This document shows, piece by piece, positions 9,884-20,675 of a stretch of DNA of 64,000 bases. Source of the DNA: Nitrospiraceae bacterium (lineage in GTDB: Bacteria > Nitrospirota > Nitrospiria > Nitrospirales > Nitrospiraceae); contig JBFWWG010000007.1 in the NCBI GenBank assembly GCA_050246315.1, positions 128,001 through 192,000 of the forward strand, written 5' to 3'. A program made the position numbers and the translations under genes. Under the pieces are notes generated by a model. It was not told where the DNA came from, made no database searches, and saw only the letters and a program-made list of their open reading frames with translations. The number at the start of each line of letters is the position of its first letter. The stretch's first letter is position 1.

Positions 9884-11005
9884 CTAATAGAACAGCGCCA
9901 GCCGGCGTCGTTTCACGTTCAATAACAAGCCCAACGCCGCTAGCGTGGTCACCGTCGCGCTGCCGCCGTAACTGACCAGTGGAAGCGGAATCCCCACGAT
10001 CGGGAACATGCCTGCGGTCATACCGATATTGACAACCATGCAGAAGCACAGCATGGCGACAACCCCAGCCGCCAGGAGCGAGCCCAACAGATCCTTCGCG
10101 CGGAGCGCGATCTCCACCGACAGCAAAATCAAGATCAAGAACAGCGCAAGCAGGACGACGACCCCCGCGAATCCCCATTCCTCCGCAAAGACTGCAAATA
10201 CGAAATCGGTGTGCCCTTCCGGCAGAAATTTGAGCTGGCTTTGGGTCCCGCCGTACAGACCTTTGCCCAACAGCTCTCCTGACCCAATCGCGATCTTGGA
10301 TTGCAAGGCATGATACCCCTTTCCGCCCGGATCGTAGGCCGGATCGACGAACGTCATGATCCGCTGCCGCTGATAGTCGTGCAACGAATTCCACATCACC
10401 TCCCAGGCGAACGGGAAGAGCATGAGCGAAAACAGCAAAATGATCCCGAGCGCCTTGGAACGCATGCCGACCACGAGGAGCATGGCCGCATAGACGGCGA
10501 GGAAACTCAGCCCGCTTCCCAGATCCGGTTGCTTGAGGATCAGCAAGAGCCCGGGAAGCATGATGGCGCCAGGAATCAGCACCCGCTGCATCCAGCCGCT
10601 GCGGGGCGCTGCGGCATAATAGCTCGCCAGCACTAAAATGAGGACCAGCTTTGCGAACTCCGAGGGCTGAAAGGCGAACGGACCGATCGGAATCCAGCGC
10701 TGCGCCCCCCGGCTGCTTTTGCCCATGAACAGGACCACAACGAGCAAGACCAGCACGATCGCATACAGCACATACGAGAGGCGCGCAATCTTGTGATAAT
10801 CGATCGACAGCATCATCATGAATGCGACGGCCCCGAGCCCGATCCAGATGATTTGTTTGAGATAGATCGGCAAACCAGCCCCAGGCTGGATGTAGGTCAC
10901 GCTGTAGATCGACAACACCCCGATGGCGAGCACGGCACCGATCACGCCGACGAATTGCCAGTCGAAAGGATCGAACCGCCGTTCGTCGATCATGCGGGAT
11001 ATCAT
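9884..11005 (-). CDS. rodA: Rod shape-determining protein RodA
   Basis: GAQRWI, FQPSEFAK, QPDLG, LPEGHTDFVF, PLVSYGGS; ATGA overlap with the mrdA stop at 11002-11005. Confidence 0.97.
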   Translation of the reverse strand: MISRMIDERRFDPFDWQFVGVIGAVLAIGVLSIYSVTYIQPGAGLPIYLKQIIWIGLGAVAFMMMLSIDYHKIARLSYVLYAIVLVLLVVVLFMGKSSRGAQRWIPIGPFAFQPSEFAKLVLILVLASYYAAAPRSGWMQRVLIPGAIMLPGLLLILKQPDLGSGLSFLAVYAAMLLVVGMRSKALGIILLFSLMLFPFAWEVMWNSLHDYQRQRIMTFVDPAYDPGGKGYHALQSKIAIGSGELLGKGLYGGTQSQLKFLPEGHTDFVFAVFAEEWGFAGVVVLLALFLILILLSVEIALRAKDLLGSLLAAGVVAMLCFCMVVNIGMTAGMFPIVGIPLPLVSYGGSATVTTLAALGLLLNVKRRRLALFY

Positions 11006-12891
11006 AAACGAGGCCCCGACGTCTGCGCGCTCCTCTGTTCCTGGGGCGGCACGCCTCCTCCGATCACGACCGGAGCCTTTGGCGCCATGGTGAAGAACGC
11101 TTCGATCAACTCCTTGGCCAGGGGCGCGGCAGCCGAGCCTCCATGGCCCATATGCTCGGCCAGAACCGCGACGGCTATTTTGGGAGACTCCGCCGGCGCA
11201 TAGGACACGAACCAAGCGTGGTCTCGGAATTTCTTGGGAATGTCTTTCTCAGGTCCTGTGCGGAGCGCGGTTGTCTGGGCGGTTCCGGTCTTCCCCGCGA
11301 TGTTCACGAGCGAGGACTTGGCGCGCGTCGCCGTTCCCCGACTGACGACATCGGTCAGGCCCTTCTGAATCGCCTGCAGCGTCTCCGCCTTCACGGCTAA
11401 GGTTTCTTTGGCCGGGGTCGGCATCTCCTGCAATCGCCCAGTGGTCCGATCGAGAACGGCTTGAATCAACCGAGGTCGATACAGAATACCGTTATTGGCG
11501 ACCGCCCCCACCACACTCGCCATCTGAAGAGGGGTGACCGTCACGTATCCCTGCCCGATGGCCACCGAGATCGTTTCGCCGGGATACCAGGGCTCACCCC
11601 TCACCCGCTCCTTCCAGGCGGTAGATGGCACGATTCCGACCCGCTCCGATGGCAGTTCGATGCCGGTTTCCCGCCCCAAGCCGAACATGCGAGCGAACTG
11701 GGCAATGGTGTCAATTCCCATCCGCTGTCCCACCGTATAGAAATACACGTCGCACGAATGCACGATGGCCTCATGCAAATCGACCGATCCATGCCCGCCC
11801 GCTTTCCAATCACGGAAGAGCCGTTTTCCGAACTGGTACCCCCCGTTGCAGAACACGGGCGTGGCAGCCGACACCGTGCGGCTTTCGAGCGCCGCCGCGG
11901 CCATCACAATCTTAAAGGTCGATCCTGGAGGATACTGCCCTTGAATAGCCCGGTTGGTCAGCGGCCGGCGCTCGTTCTGGACGATCTCTTCCCACTGCTT
12001 GGCCGTCAATTCACGCGACATGAGGTTCGGGTCAAACGCCGGACGGCTGGCCAGCGCCAAGACTTCTCCGCTTGTCGGATCGAGCGCCACGATCGCCCCG
12101 TCTTCTTCGCCCAAGAGCTGCTCAGCCAGTTTTTGCAATCGAGCATCGATCGTCAAATAGAGATCATCGCCCGAATGCGGCTTGTCCACAAACACCGTCC
12201 GTTTCGCATGGCCCAGCGCATCGACCTCGACACTCTTTTCGCCAGATCGCCCCCGGAGCAGCCGATCGAATGTTTTTTCGACCCCGTACTGTCCGATCAA
12301 GCTCCCTTGATGCAGATCGTCCGCATCTTCCCGCTCCAACTGTTCCGCCGACACCTCCCCCACATAGCCGATCAAGTGTCCCCCCACGACTCCTTCGGGG
12401 TAGTTCCGCTGTGATTCCACCTGGATCATCACTCCCGGCAGTTGCAGCCGGTGCGATTCGACCAACGTGGCCTCTCTGAGAGTAAGACGATCCTTGACCT
12501 TGCGGGGAAGCAGCTTGGGTCCCTTGACGGACAGCTTCTTTTCAATCACCTGCGGCTCAAGGCCGATCAACAGACTTAATCGCGCGGCCAACTCGACCCG
12601 GTCCTTGACATCCTCAAGCGTGACGTACAGGGTGAAGCTGGGAACGTTATTGGCCAACAGGACTCCGTTGCGGTCATAGATGAGGCCGCGAGCCGGTTCG
12701 AGCAGCACGGTTCGGGTTCGATTGTTCTCTGAGAGGTCGCGGTAATAGACCCCGTCGCGCACTTGGAGATACCACAGGCGGACCCCGAGCAGGACCACGA
12801 CCAACAACAGCCCTATGCGCAGGATCATCAGCCGCCGCTGAATTTCACCCAATTCCGCGTCGGACGTACCGTAACCCATGGTGAGTCCCAT
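11002..12891 (-). CDS. mrdA: Penicillin-binding protein 2
   Basis: N-terminal TM, ARGLIYDRNG, SxxK (PGSTFK), SCDVYFY, KTGTAQ. Confidence 0.98.
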   Translation of the reverse strand: MGLTMGYGTSDAELGEIQRRLMILRIGLLLVVVLLGVRLWYLQVRDGVYYRDLSENNRTRTVLLEPARGLIYDRNGVLLANNVPSFTLYVTLEDVKDRVELAARLSLLIGLEPQVIEKKLSVKGPKLLPRKVKDRLTLREATLVESHRLQLPGVMIQVESQRNYPEGVVGGHLIGYVGEVSAEQLEREDADDLHQGSLIGQYGVEKTFDRLLRGRSGEKSVEVDALGHAKRTVFVDKPHSGDDLYLTIDARLQKLAEQLLGEEDGAIVALDPTSGEVLALASRPAFDPNLMSRELTAKQWEEIVQNERRPLTNRAIQGQYPPGSTFKIVMAAAALESRTVSAATPVFCNGGYQFGKRLFRDWKAGGHGSVDLHEAIVHSCDVYFYTVGQRMGIDTIAQFARMFGLGRETGIELPSERVGIVPSTAWKERVRGEPWYPGETISVAIGQGYVTVTPLQMASVVGAVANNGILYRPRLIQAVLDRTTGRLQEMPTPAKETLAVKAETLQAIQKGLTDVVSRGTATRAKSSLVNIAGKTGTAQTTALRTGPEKDIPKKFRDHAWFVSYAPAESPKIAVAVLAEHMGHGGSAAAPLAKELIEAFFTMAPKAPVVIGGGVPPQEQRSAQTSGPRL

Positions 12892-12918
12892 CTCTGCCGA
12901 GAGTCGGCAGGGGATGCA

Positions 12919-13428
12919 TCAATCCTCTCTGAACACTGAAGAACGGAGTGGGTAATACCGGGCCGCGATCCGCCGAACGCCCCAAAACACCGCGACGGCC
13001 AAGATCGCGTCCAACAAGGCTTGGGGCAACAAGAGCGTCGGCACAGCGAGAAACGCATCCCCGAGCGCATGCCCACGGGCCAAATACAGAAACGCCAGCC
13101 CGCTCAGCGAGGACAGCACCACCACCGCGAGCGCTACGACGATCGATGACACCTGAACCACCTGTTGGCCGATCAAGCCGGCCACAATACCCAGGAGACC
13201 TTTCGTCACGAGATTGGGGAACGCGACGCCCGCTGAAAAGAGATCCTGGATGAATCCAAGGAGGACGCCCATCAACGCCCCTTCGAGCTCATCCGTCAAC
13301 AATCCGATCAGGCAGACCGCCACCAGGATCACATCTGGCTCGACCAATGTCGTACCGGTGCGCCCCAGCGCGGTAGTCTGAAGCGGCACCAGGAGGAAAC
13401 AGAGACAAAGGTACACCCAGAATTTCAT
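12919..13428 (-). CDS. mreD: Rod shape-determining protein MreD
   Basis: Hydrophobic 169-aa protein (PDVIL, GFIQD) between mreC and mrdA. Confidence 0.85.
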   Translation of the reverse strand: MKFWVYLCLCFLLVPLQTTALGRTGTTLVEPDVILVAVCLIGLLTDELEGALMGVLLGFIQDLFSAGVAFPNLVTKGLLGIVAGLIGQQVVQVSSIVVALAVVVLSSLSGLAFLYLARGHALGDAFLAVPTLLLPQALLDAILAVAVFWGVRRIAARYYPLRSSVFRED

Positions 13429-14312
13429 GGAGTCGTCTTAGGCGCTTTCTTGGGAGCAAGTTGGAAGGTGTCGGCCTCCGGTGCATCGGGCAACTTGGTA
13501 ATGACGAGGACTTCCTCCAGTTTCGCGAATTCGGCCGCGGGCTCCACCTCCGCCACCTGGAAGCCCTCACCTTCCTCCTTTTCGATCTTCGTCACCACTC
13601 CGACAGGCAACCCGCGCGGGAATCCTCCGACCAATCCGGAGGTCACAATCCAATCTCCGGTTCGAACGCCCGAGAGCAAGGGGATGTATTTCATTCGTAT
13701 CGAGTGTTGCGACGTGCCTTCGACGATCCCTTCATCCCGCGTCCGCTGCAACAACGCGGCCAACGCGTTGTTGGGGTCTGTCAGCAGCAGCACAACGGCC
13801 GTGGAACCCGTCGTCTTCACCACTCGACCGACGACACCGCCGGGCGTCATCACTCCCATCTCCGGCTGGATACCTTCCGATTCTCCCTTGTCCACCAACA
13901 CCGCTTGATACCAGTTGGTGGCATCCTTCCCGATAACTCGGGCCGCCACGGTGTCGAAGCCGACCCGTTCCTTGAATTCCAGGAGGCTGGCCAGCCGTTG
14001 GCCCGACCCCGCCGCTTCCCGCAATTGATTGTTCTGCTCGCGCAACAGCGCCGTTTCGCGCTCCAATCGACGATTCTCCTCATAGACATACCGGAGCGCC
14101 ACGTAGCCGTCCCAGAGATCCGTCACGGCGGTCGTCAGGGAGGACCAGGCTTCCAGCGGCCAGGCCAACACATGGCCAAGCGGCCCGCCGAATTGCAGCA
14201 AAATCCCTTGGGTCTGGGCCGGGAGCAGAAGGAGAAGGAACAGCAGGAGGGTGACAAGCCCCAGGAGCCAACGCCTGGAACCGTATGTCAGACGCACCAT
14301 TGCCATCCGCAT
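13425..14312 (-). CDS. mreC: Rod shape-determining protein MreC
   Basis: TM plus coiled coil, ARVIG, DKG, GVVGRV, TSGLVGGFPRGLPVG. Confidence 0.96.
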   Translation of the reverse strand: MRMAMVRLTYGSRRWLLGLVTLLLFLLLLLPAQTQGILLQFGGPLGHVLAWPLEAWSSLTTAVTDLWDGYVALRYVYEENRRLERETALLREQNNQLREAAGSGQRLASLLEFKERVGFDTVAARVIGKDATNWYQAVLVDKGESEGIQPEMGVMTPGGVVGRVVKTTGSTAVVLLLTDPNNALAALLQRTRDEGIVEGTSQHSIRMKYIPLLSGVRTGDWIVTSGLVGGFPRGLPVGVVTKIEKEEGEGFQVAEVEPAAEFAKLEEVLVITKLPDAPEADTFQLAPKKAPKTTP

Positions 14313-14326
14313 TCCGGATGGAACCG

Positions 14327-15388
<1,062 letters not shown>

Positions 15389-15717
15389 TTATGTGACGAC
15401 CCTGGTCGGTTGTGATCGGTATATGGCTTCCGCCCAGCCCACAATATTCATGACCGTTCGTGACGAAACCGTCGAGACGCCACACGTTGGACCCATTGCC
15501 TCGACCCCTTGCACACAGGAACGCAAGGGGTACCTCGTCGCAATGGGCACCCCCACGCGGAGCCGCGACGAAAGGGGGCAGACTTGCAACAGTATGTCGA
15601 CCGACCGACTGGCGAGCCTGACCGCTTCAATGCGGGACTCGGAATCCAAGCCTGTCGCAGCGGCGTATCGGTAGTTGCAGTAGAAGCGGTCATGAATTAA
15701 ATGTGAGTTAGCTCGTT

Positions 15718-16197
15718 TCATCGACTGTCAGGCATGTCGAGCTGATCAGCGTCCACAACTTGTGTTTGGGCCAGAATATCTCCGAACCGGAGCCCGCGGT
15801 CGTTTCCGAGGACGAGCAGACCTTCAAAGCTCAGGACGGCGAGTAGGAGCACCCAACCGACATACGAAACCTGATAAAGTAGAAAGGCCAGCGCCACCGG
15901 AAGATTCCGGACGATCGATTCGCCAAACGACACGGCCTCCCGCCGCCGCGGGCTCCACGTCTGAAGGCCCATCAGCCGCTTGCCGAGACTTCGTCCCCCC
16001 GACAACCCATCAGCCGCCAACAGGTAGGCCAGCCCCACCAGAAAGCCAACCGATGGAACCGCTTGGTCGATCGTGGCCGCTATCAAGAGGTCTGCGCTTC
16101 GAGCCAACCCACGGTTGACGACGTGAGCTTTAGGATAGATTTCGGTCAGCAGGTGGCTTCGCGCCCGTTCTTCCTGGAGGACTCCATCACCTTGCAA
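15718..16197 (-). CDS. RDD family membrane protein
   Basis: R..A...D, SLGKRLMGL, SIVRN and RFGDILAQTQVV motifs. Confidence 0.85.
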   Translation of the reverse strand: MQGDGVLQEERARSHLLTEIYPKAHVVNRGLARSADLLIAATIDQAVPSVGFLVGLAYLLAADGLSGGRSLGKRLMGLQTWSPRRREAVSFGESIVRNLPVALAFLLYQVSYVGWVLLLAVLSFEGLLVLGNDRGLRFGDILAQTQVVDADQLDMPDSR

Positions 16198-16377
16198 CTC
16201 GACGGGCAGTATAACAAATCCCCCCGATCATCACAAATGAACGACTGGATTTTTCAGGTCGATTCCCCAGGGGTGGGAACCTTCCCTCCCGAACAACGCA
16301 CTGTCCAGGCACACCTTGCTTGACCGGACGAAGATCAGTAAAATGAAATTTTGGAGCCCATCAGGAGACATGAAGCG

Positions 16378-17073
16378 ATGATCAAACTGCTCCGCGAAGT
16401 AAGTCACGATCACCCCTGGATTCTCAAGACCATCATGGGTGTGCTGGCGGTGGCGTTCATCATCACCATGGGCTGGTGGGGATTCAGCGAGCAGACCTCC
16501 ACCGAGATTGCCATGGTTGGCGACCAGAAGATCCCGATCGACGAATTTCGCAGGGGATACGAAAATGCCTATCGCTTCTACCGCGACAACCTCCAAGGGG
16601 AGGTCAAGGAGGAGACCATCAAACAGATGGTGCTCGACCAACTGATCGACACACGACTATGGCTCCAGGTCGCGCGCGAGTTGAACCTGGCAGTGACGCC
16701 CGATGACTTGCGCGACTATATCATCAACCGGACTGATTTCCAGCGGGAAGGAAAGTTTGATCCCGACCTATACCGGAGAATCTTGGCCGCCAATCGGTTG
16801 ACTCCTGCGATTTTTGAAACGATGCAGACCACTGAACTGCTGGCCAATAAGGCCCGCGCGTTGGTCCGAGACTCCGTGGCGCTCACACCGGAAGAAATCA
16901 GCGAGGCCCGGTCTTTAGCCGCCAGACAACCTCAGAGCGAGGCCGGCAAAGGGTCCAACAAGGACACCATCTTCCAGGATTTCCTCTTTCAGAAGCAGCA
17001 GCGTGCCATGGTTGCGTACGGGCAGGCATTGAAGACGAGAATTCCGGTGAAGATTCACAAAGAACTGCTCTAG
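16378..17073 (+). CDS. SurA/PpiD N-terminal domain protein
   Basis: MIKLLRE, N-terminal TM, VGDQKI, LDQLID, FQREGKFD; ATG 16378 after AGGAG. Confidence 0.85.
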   Translation: MIKLLREVSHDHPWILKTIMGVLAVAFIITMGWWGFSEQTSTEIAMVGDQKIPIDEFRRGYENAYRFYRDNLQGEVKEETIKQMVLDQLIDTRLWLQVARELNLAVTPDDLRDYIINRTDFQREGKFDPDLYRRILAANRLTPAIFETMQTTELLANKARALVRDSVALTPEEISEARSLAARQPQSEAGKGSNKDTIFQDFLFQKQQRAMVAYGQALKTRIPVKIHKELL

Positions 17074-17090
17074 CTCACCCTTCCCCCCTG

Positions 17091-18134
17091 TCACAAGAGC
17101 AACATCGCGTCGCCATAGCTATAGAATCGATACCGCTCCTCAACCGCCACCCGATAGGCTCGGCGGAGATCGTCGAACCCGCAGAAGGCCGCGACAAGCA
17201 TCAACAACGTGGTACGGGGCAGGTGAAAGTTTGTCAGGAGTGCATCGACTACCCGGAAGCGATATCCCGGGGTGATGAAGAGGTTGGTGCTTCCTGAGAT
17301 CGAAGCCAGCGTCCCCTCCTCATTCGCCGCCGATTCGAGGGTCCGGATCACTGTTGTCCCGACAGCCACCACCCGCCCACCACGGCGTTTTGTGTCGCTA
17401 ACGGACTGGACTGTCTGTTCGGGAACGAAGTAGGCCTCGGCCTCCATCGTATGACCTTCAATGTGTTCGGCGCTGACGGGCGTGAAGGTTCCGAGCCCGA
17501 CGTGCAGCGTCACCGTTGCCCAGCCGATTCCGGCCGCCCTCAGGCGGTCGATCAGCTCTTCGGTAAAGTGTAGGCCAGCGGTCGGAGCCGCGATCGCACC
17601 CTCTGCTTGAGCGAACACGGTTTGATACCAACGGCGATCATCGGTACAGGGAGGACGCTTGATATACGGCGGCAACGGAACCTCGCCGGAGGTCTCGAGG
17701 AGGCGTGCCGGCGGCACTGGTGAAGCTACCTCAATCACGGCGCGCTCGTCGCGCCGCTCGGCAACGACCGCTCGCATTCCTCCGGTCAATTCAAGAACCT
17801 GCCCGACTCTGACCCGGCCCTTTAACAGCACCTCCCACCGGGAGGGTCCGATTGGGCGCACGTACAGCAGTTCCACACGACCACCGGTCTCGAGTTTTCG
17901 CCCATGGAGACGGGCCGGCAACACCTTGGTATCATTCGCCACGACCAGATCGCCGGCTCGCAAGAGAGCGGGGAGATCCGACACTTGACGGTGCGCGAGT
18001 TCCGATCGGTCCTTCGATCCGCAACCGACCCCTGCGCGTCGGAGCACCAGGAGACGCGCATCGTGCCTTGGTTCGACCGGCTGGGACGCGATCAGCAGTG
18101 GATCAAACGGTACATCAAACTCGGAGAGCAGCAT
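17091..18134 (-). CDS. queA: S-adenosylmethionine:tRNA ribosyltransferase-isomerase
   Basis: PLPPYIKR, YQTVFA, AAPTAGLHFT, TNFHLP, YRFYSYGDAML. Confidence 0.99.
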   Translation of the reverse strand: MLLSEFDVPFDPLLIASQPVEPRHDARLLVLRRAGVGCGSKDRSELAHRQVSDLPALLRAGDLVVANDTKVLPARLHGRKLETGGRVELLYVRPIGPSRWEVLLKGRVRVGQVLELTGGMRAVVAERRDERAVIEVASPVPPARLLETSGEVPLPPYIKRPPCTDDRRWYQTVFAQAEGAIAAPTAGLHFTEELIDRLRAAGIGWATVTLHVGLGTFTPVSAEHIEGHTMEAEAYFVPEQTVQSVSDTKRRGGRVVAVGTTVIRTLESAANEEGTLASISGSTNLFITPGYRFRVVDALLTNFHLPRTTLLMLVAAFCGFDDLRRAYRVAVEERYRFYSYGDAMLLL

Positions 18135-19366
18135 TACGATGGGCGCTGTGGAGATAGGTCAACCTGGTCAATTCGCAGGAGGCTCGTGCCGGGATAATAA
18201 TAAGATAGGATCGTGCCGAATGAATATCCGAGTTCGGCCATTTCCTTGGCGCCCCATTGGCACAGGCCGACGCCATGCCCGGCCCCGAATCCATTAAAGA
18301 CCACATCGGATCCGACCGATTCGATCTCGAATCGAGCGCTGGGCAGGATCGAATAGCCCACGATCTTCCGGAGATCTTCTCCCCGGAGCAGCAGCTCTCC
18401 TCCTGAATGGAGGATCCTAATACGAGTCACCCGTCCTGCCCGGCTGAAGCCGAAAGGCGTCACCGTCGCGACAACGCCGACTCCGATCCCTTGTTGCCGA
18501 AGCGCCCGTTCGAGCTTGTCGATTGGAACGGCAACGCGCCAGCGGTAATAGGGAGACTTCAGATCAAATGGGCAGTCGACTCCCCTTAGATAGGGAAGAT
18601 CGATCGCCCATACGTTCAGCGCATCTTCCGTAGGTCCAGCGGCGGTCGAGGAGAAGGCCGCATAGATCGGCCTCCCCTGAAATCCGATCACGAGCCCCTT
18701 GGTCTCTTCTACCGCACGCAGTATCCGCTCATCGACTCCCTGCCGGCCTTGATACACCTGATCTTGGACCCCTGCGACCACATCGTAGTCTCGGCCCGCG
18801 CTCATGGTCCGCTGGTAGAGCGCGTAGGTCCTGGCCGCCACCGCCTGGGCCTTCAGGACTTCAGGGTGCCATCCGGCACTGACCTCGCCGGGCACCACTC
18901 CCTTCGTATAGTCTTCTAAATCCACCTCGTTGACGACCATCAACTGACGACCATGTTGAATGACCTGAAGACCGCCAGACAGGGTCCACTTCGTGAGGGT
19001 CCCGACCCCGGCATTACCGTCCAGAGACGGCTTCCCAGCGCCGGCCGTCGTTTGGACCAGCCCGATGACAAGCCCGGTGCGTCCGCCATGCATCGTCAGC
19101 CGATCCGACGACGATGCGGCTCCGGACAGCAGCAGACCCGCACTCCCTGGAGTGACGATCAGAGGAGACGGCAGGTGTCGCTCCCGGCCGTCGGTACCCG
19201 AGACCAGGACGGTTCCGTCGGTTTGTACCTCAACCTGATTGGCCTCAGCCGCCAACAAGACCCGGATGGCGACCCCCGTACCGGCCTCTGCGGTCGGCGG
19301 CATCCCGGCCGCCATAATGGCAAGTAGCCAGACACCCAGGAGCATTCTGGAGATGAGGGGCTTCAT
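18134..19366 (-). CDS. SpoIID/LytB domain protein (lytic transglycosylase-like)
   Basis: Signal peptide from ATG 19366, NEVDLEDY, LKAQAVAARTYA, GHGVGLCQWGA, ILSYYYPG. Confidence 0.92.
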   Translation of the reverse strand: MKPLISRMLLGVWLLAIMAAGMPPTAEAGTGVAIRVLLAAEANQVEVQTDGTVLVSGTDGRERHLPSPLIVTPGSAGLLLSGAASSSDRLTMHGGRTGLVIGLVQTTAGAGKPSLDGNAGVGTLTKWTLSGGLQVIQHGRQLMVVNEVDLEDYTKGVVPGEVSAGWHPEVLKAQAVAARTYALYQRTMSAGRDYDVVAGVQDQVYQGRQGVDERILRAVEETKGLVIGFQGRPIYAAFSSTAAGPTEDALNVWAIDLPYLRGVDCPFDLKSPYYRWRVAVPIDKLERALRQQGIGVGVVATVTPFGFSRAGRVTRIRILHSGGELLLRGEDLRKIVGYSILPSARFEIESVGSDVVFNGFGAGHGVGLCQWGAKEMAELGYSFGTILSYYYPGTSLLRIDQVDLSPQRPS

Positions 19367-19617
19367 CGCTTGAACAGGGTGGAGAGGACAAACCATAAGA
19401 GACTCAGGACCACGCTGACGAGCAGGCCGGTTGTGAGCGGAGCGTAGAACGTGAAGGTCTCTCGCTTGATATAAAGATCGCCCGGCAGCCTTCCGAACCA
19501 TCCGCCCGAGTCGCCGAGACCCGGCAGTTTCCCGACCAGCACAAGCAGGCCGCCCAAGGCAGCCAGCAGCATGCCCGCGACCATGAGCATCCTTCCCACC
19601 CAGCCGAACTCATCCAT
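19363..19617 (-). CDS. DUF2905 family small membrane protein
   Basis: GRLPGD...FYAPLTT...SVVLS motif, upstream of SpoIID-queA. Confidence 0.88.
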   Translation of the reverse strand: MDEFGWVGRMLMVAGMLLAALGGLLVLVGKLPGLGDSGGWFGRLPGDLYIKRETFTFYAPLTTGLLVSVVLSLLWFVLSTLFKR

Positions 19618-19621
19618 GGTG

Positions 19622-20635
19622 TTACCGGATCAGCAATTCCGCAATCTGAACGGCGTTAAGCGCGGCACCCTTTCTCAAATTATCCGCCACCACCCACAGA
19701 TTGAGCCCATGCGCCGTCGATTCGTCTTCTCGGATGCGGCCGACATAGACGTCGTCCTTGCCCGCCACATCGAGTGGCATCGGATAAAGTTTATGGGTGG
19801 GATCATCATAGACTTGAATACCTGGCGCCGATGCCAGCAGCGCCCGCGCGTCGTTGGCGGTCAGTTTCCGCTCGGTCTCGATATTCACGGACTCCGAATG
19901 CCCAACGTAGACCGGTACACGCACTGTGGTCGCCGTAACCCGGATCGCCTGGTCCCTCATAATTTTTCTGGTCTCGTGCACCATCTTCATCTCTTCCTTC
20001 GTGTATCCGGTCGGCAGAAAATCATCGATCTGCGGCAGGCAGTTGAACGCGATCTGGTACGGATACACCTTCGGCTCCGGCTCCTTGAAACTGAGCAACG
20101 CCTTGCATTCCGCCAGCAACTCGTCCATAGCGTCCTTCCCGGTACCCGAGACGGACTGAAACGTGGTCACCACGATGCGCGTGATCTTTGCCGCGTCATG
20201 CAGCGGTTTCAGGGCGACCACCATTTGGATCGTCGAGCAGTTCGGGTTGGCGATGATGCCCTGGTGGCGAGCGGCGTCCGCCGAATTCACTTCCGGCACG
20301 ACCAGCGGAACCGTCGACTCCATGCGCCAAGCCGCACTGTTGTCGATCACCAGGGCTCCAGCTTTGACCGCGATCGGAGCGTACTCGCGGCTCACGTCAC
20401 TGCCAGCGGAAAAGAGGGCGATATCCACCCCGGCAAACGACGCCTTCGTGAGTTCCTGCACCGGCACATCCGTTCCGCAGAATCCGACTGTCCCTCCGGC
20501 AGAGCGGCTTGAAGCCAACGGCACGAGCCGCTCCACCGGGAATGCGCGTTCTTCGAGGATTTCGATCATTTCCGCACCGACCGCGCCGGTGGCACCGACG
20601 ACTGCGACGGTATAGGCGGGTTTAGTTTTCAACAT
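19622..20635 (-). CDS. asd: Aspartate-semialdehyde dehydrogenase
   Basis: VGATGAVG, DNSAAWRM, ANPNCST, DNLRKGAALNAVQIAE. Confidence 0.99.
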   Translation of the reverse strand: MLKTKPAYTVAVVGATGAVGAEMIEILEERAFPVERLVPLASSRSAGGTVGFCGTDVPVQELTKASFAGVDIALFSAGSDVSREYAPIAVKAGALVIDNSAAWRMESTVPLVVPEVNSADAARHQGIIANPNCSTIQMVVALKPLHDAAKITRIVVTTFQSVSGTGKDAMDELLAECKALLSFKEPEPKVYPYQIAFNCLPQIDDFLPTGYTKEEMKMVHETRKIMRDQAIRVTATTVRVPVYVGHSESVNIETERKLTANDARALLASAPGIQVYDDPTHKLYPMPLDVAGKDDVYVGRIREDESTAHGLNLWVVADNLRKGAALNAVQIAELLIR

Positions 20636-20675
20636 GGTCTCGTCCTTCCTGAGCGGGATCGGTGAACGCCTGCCG

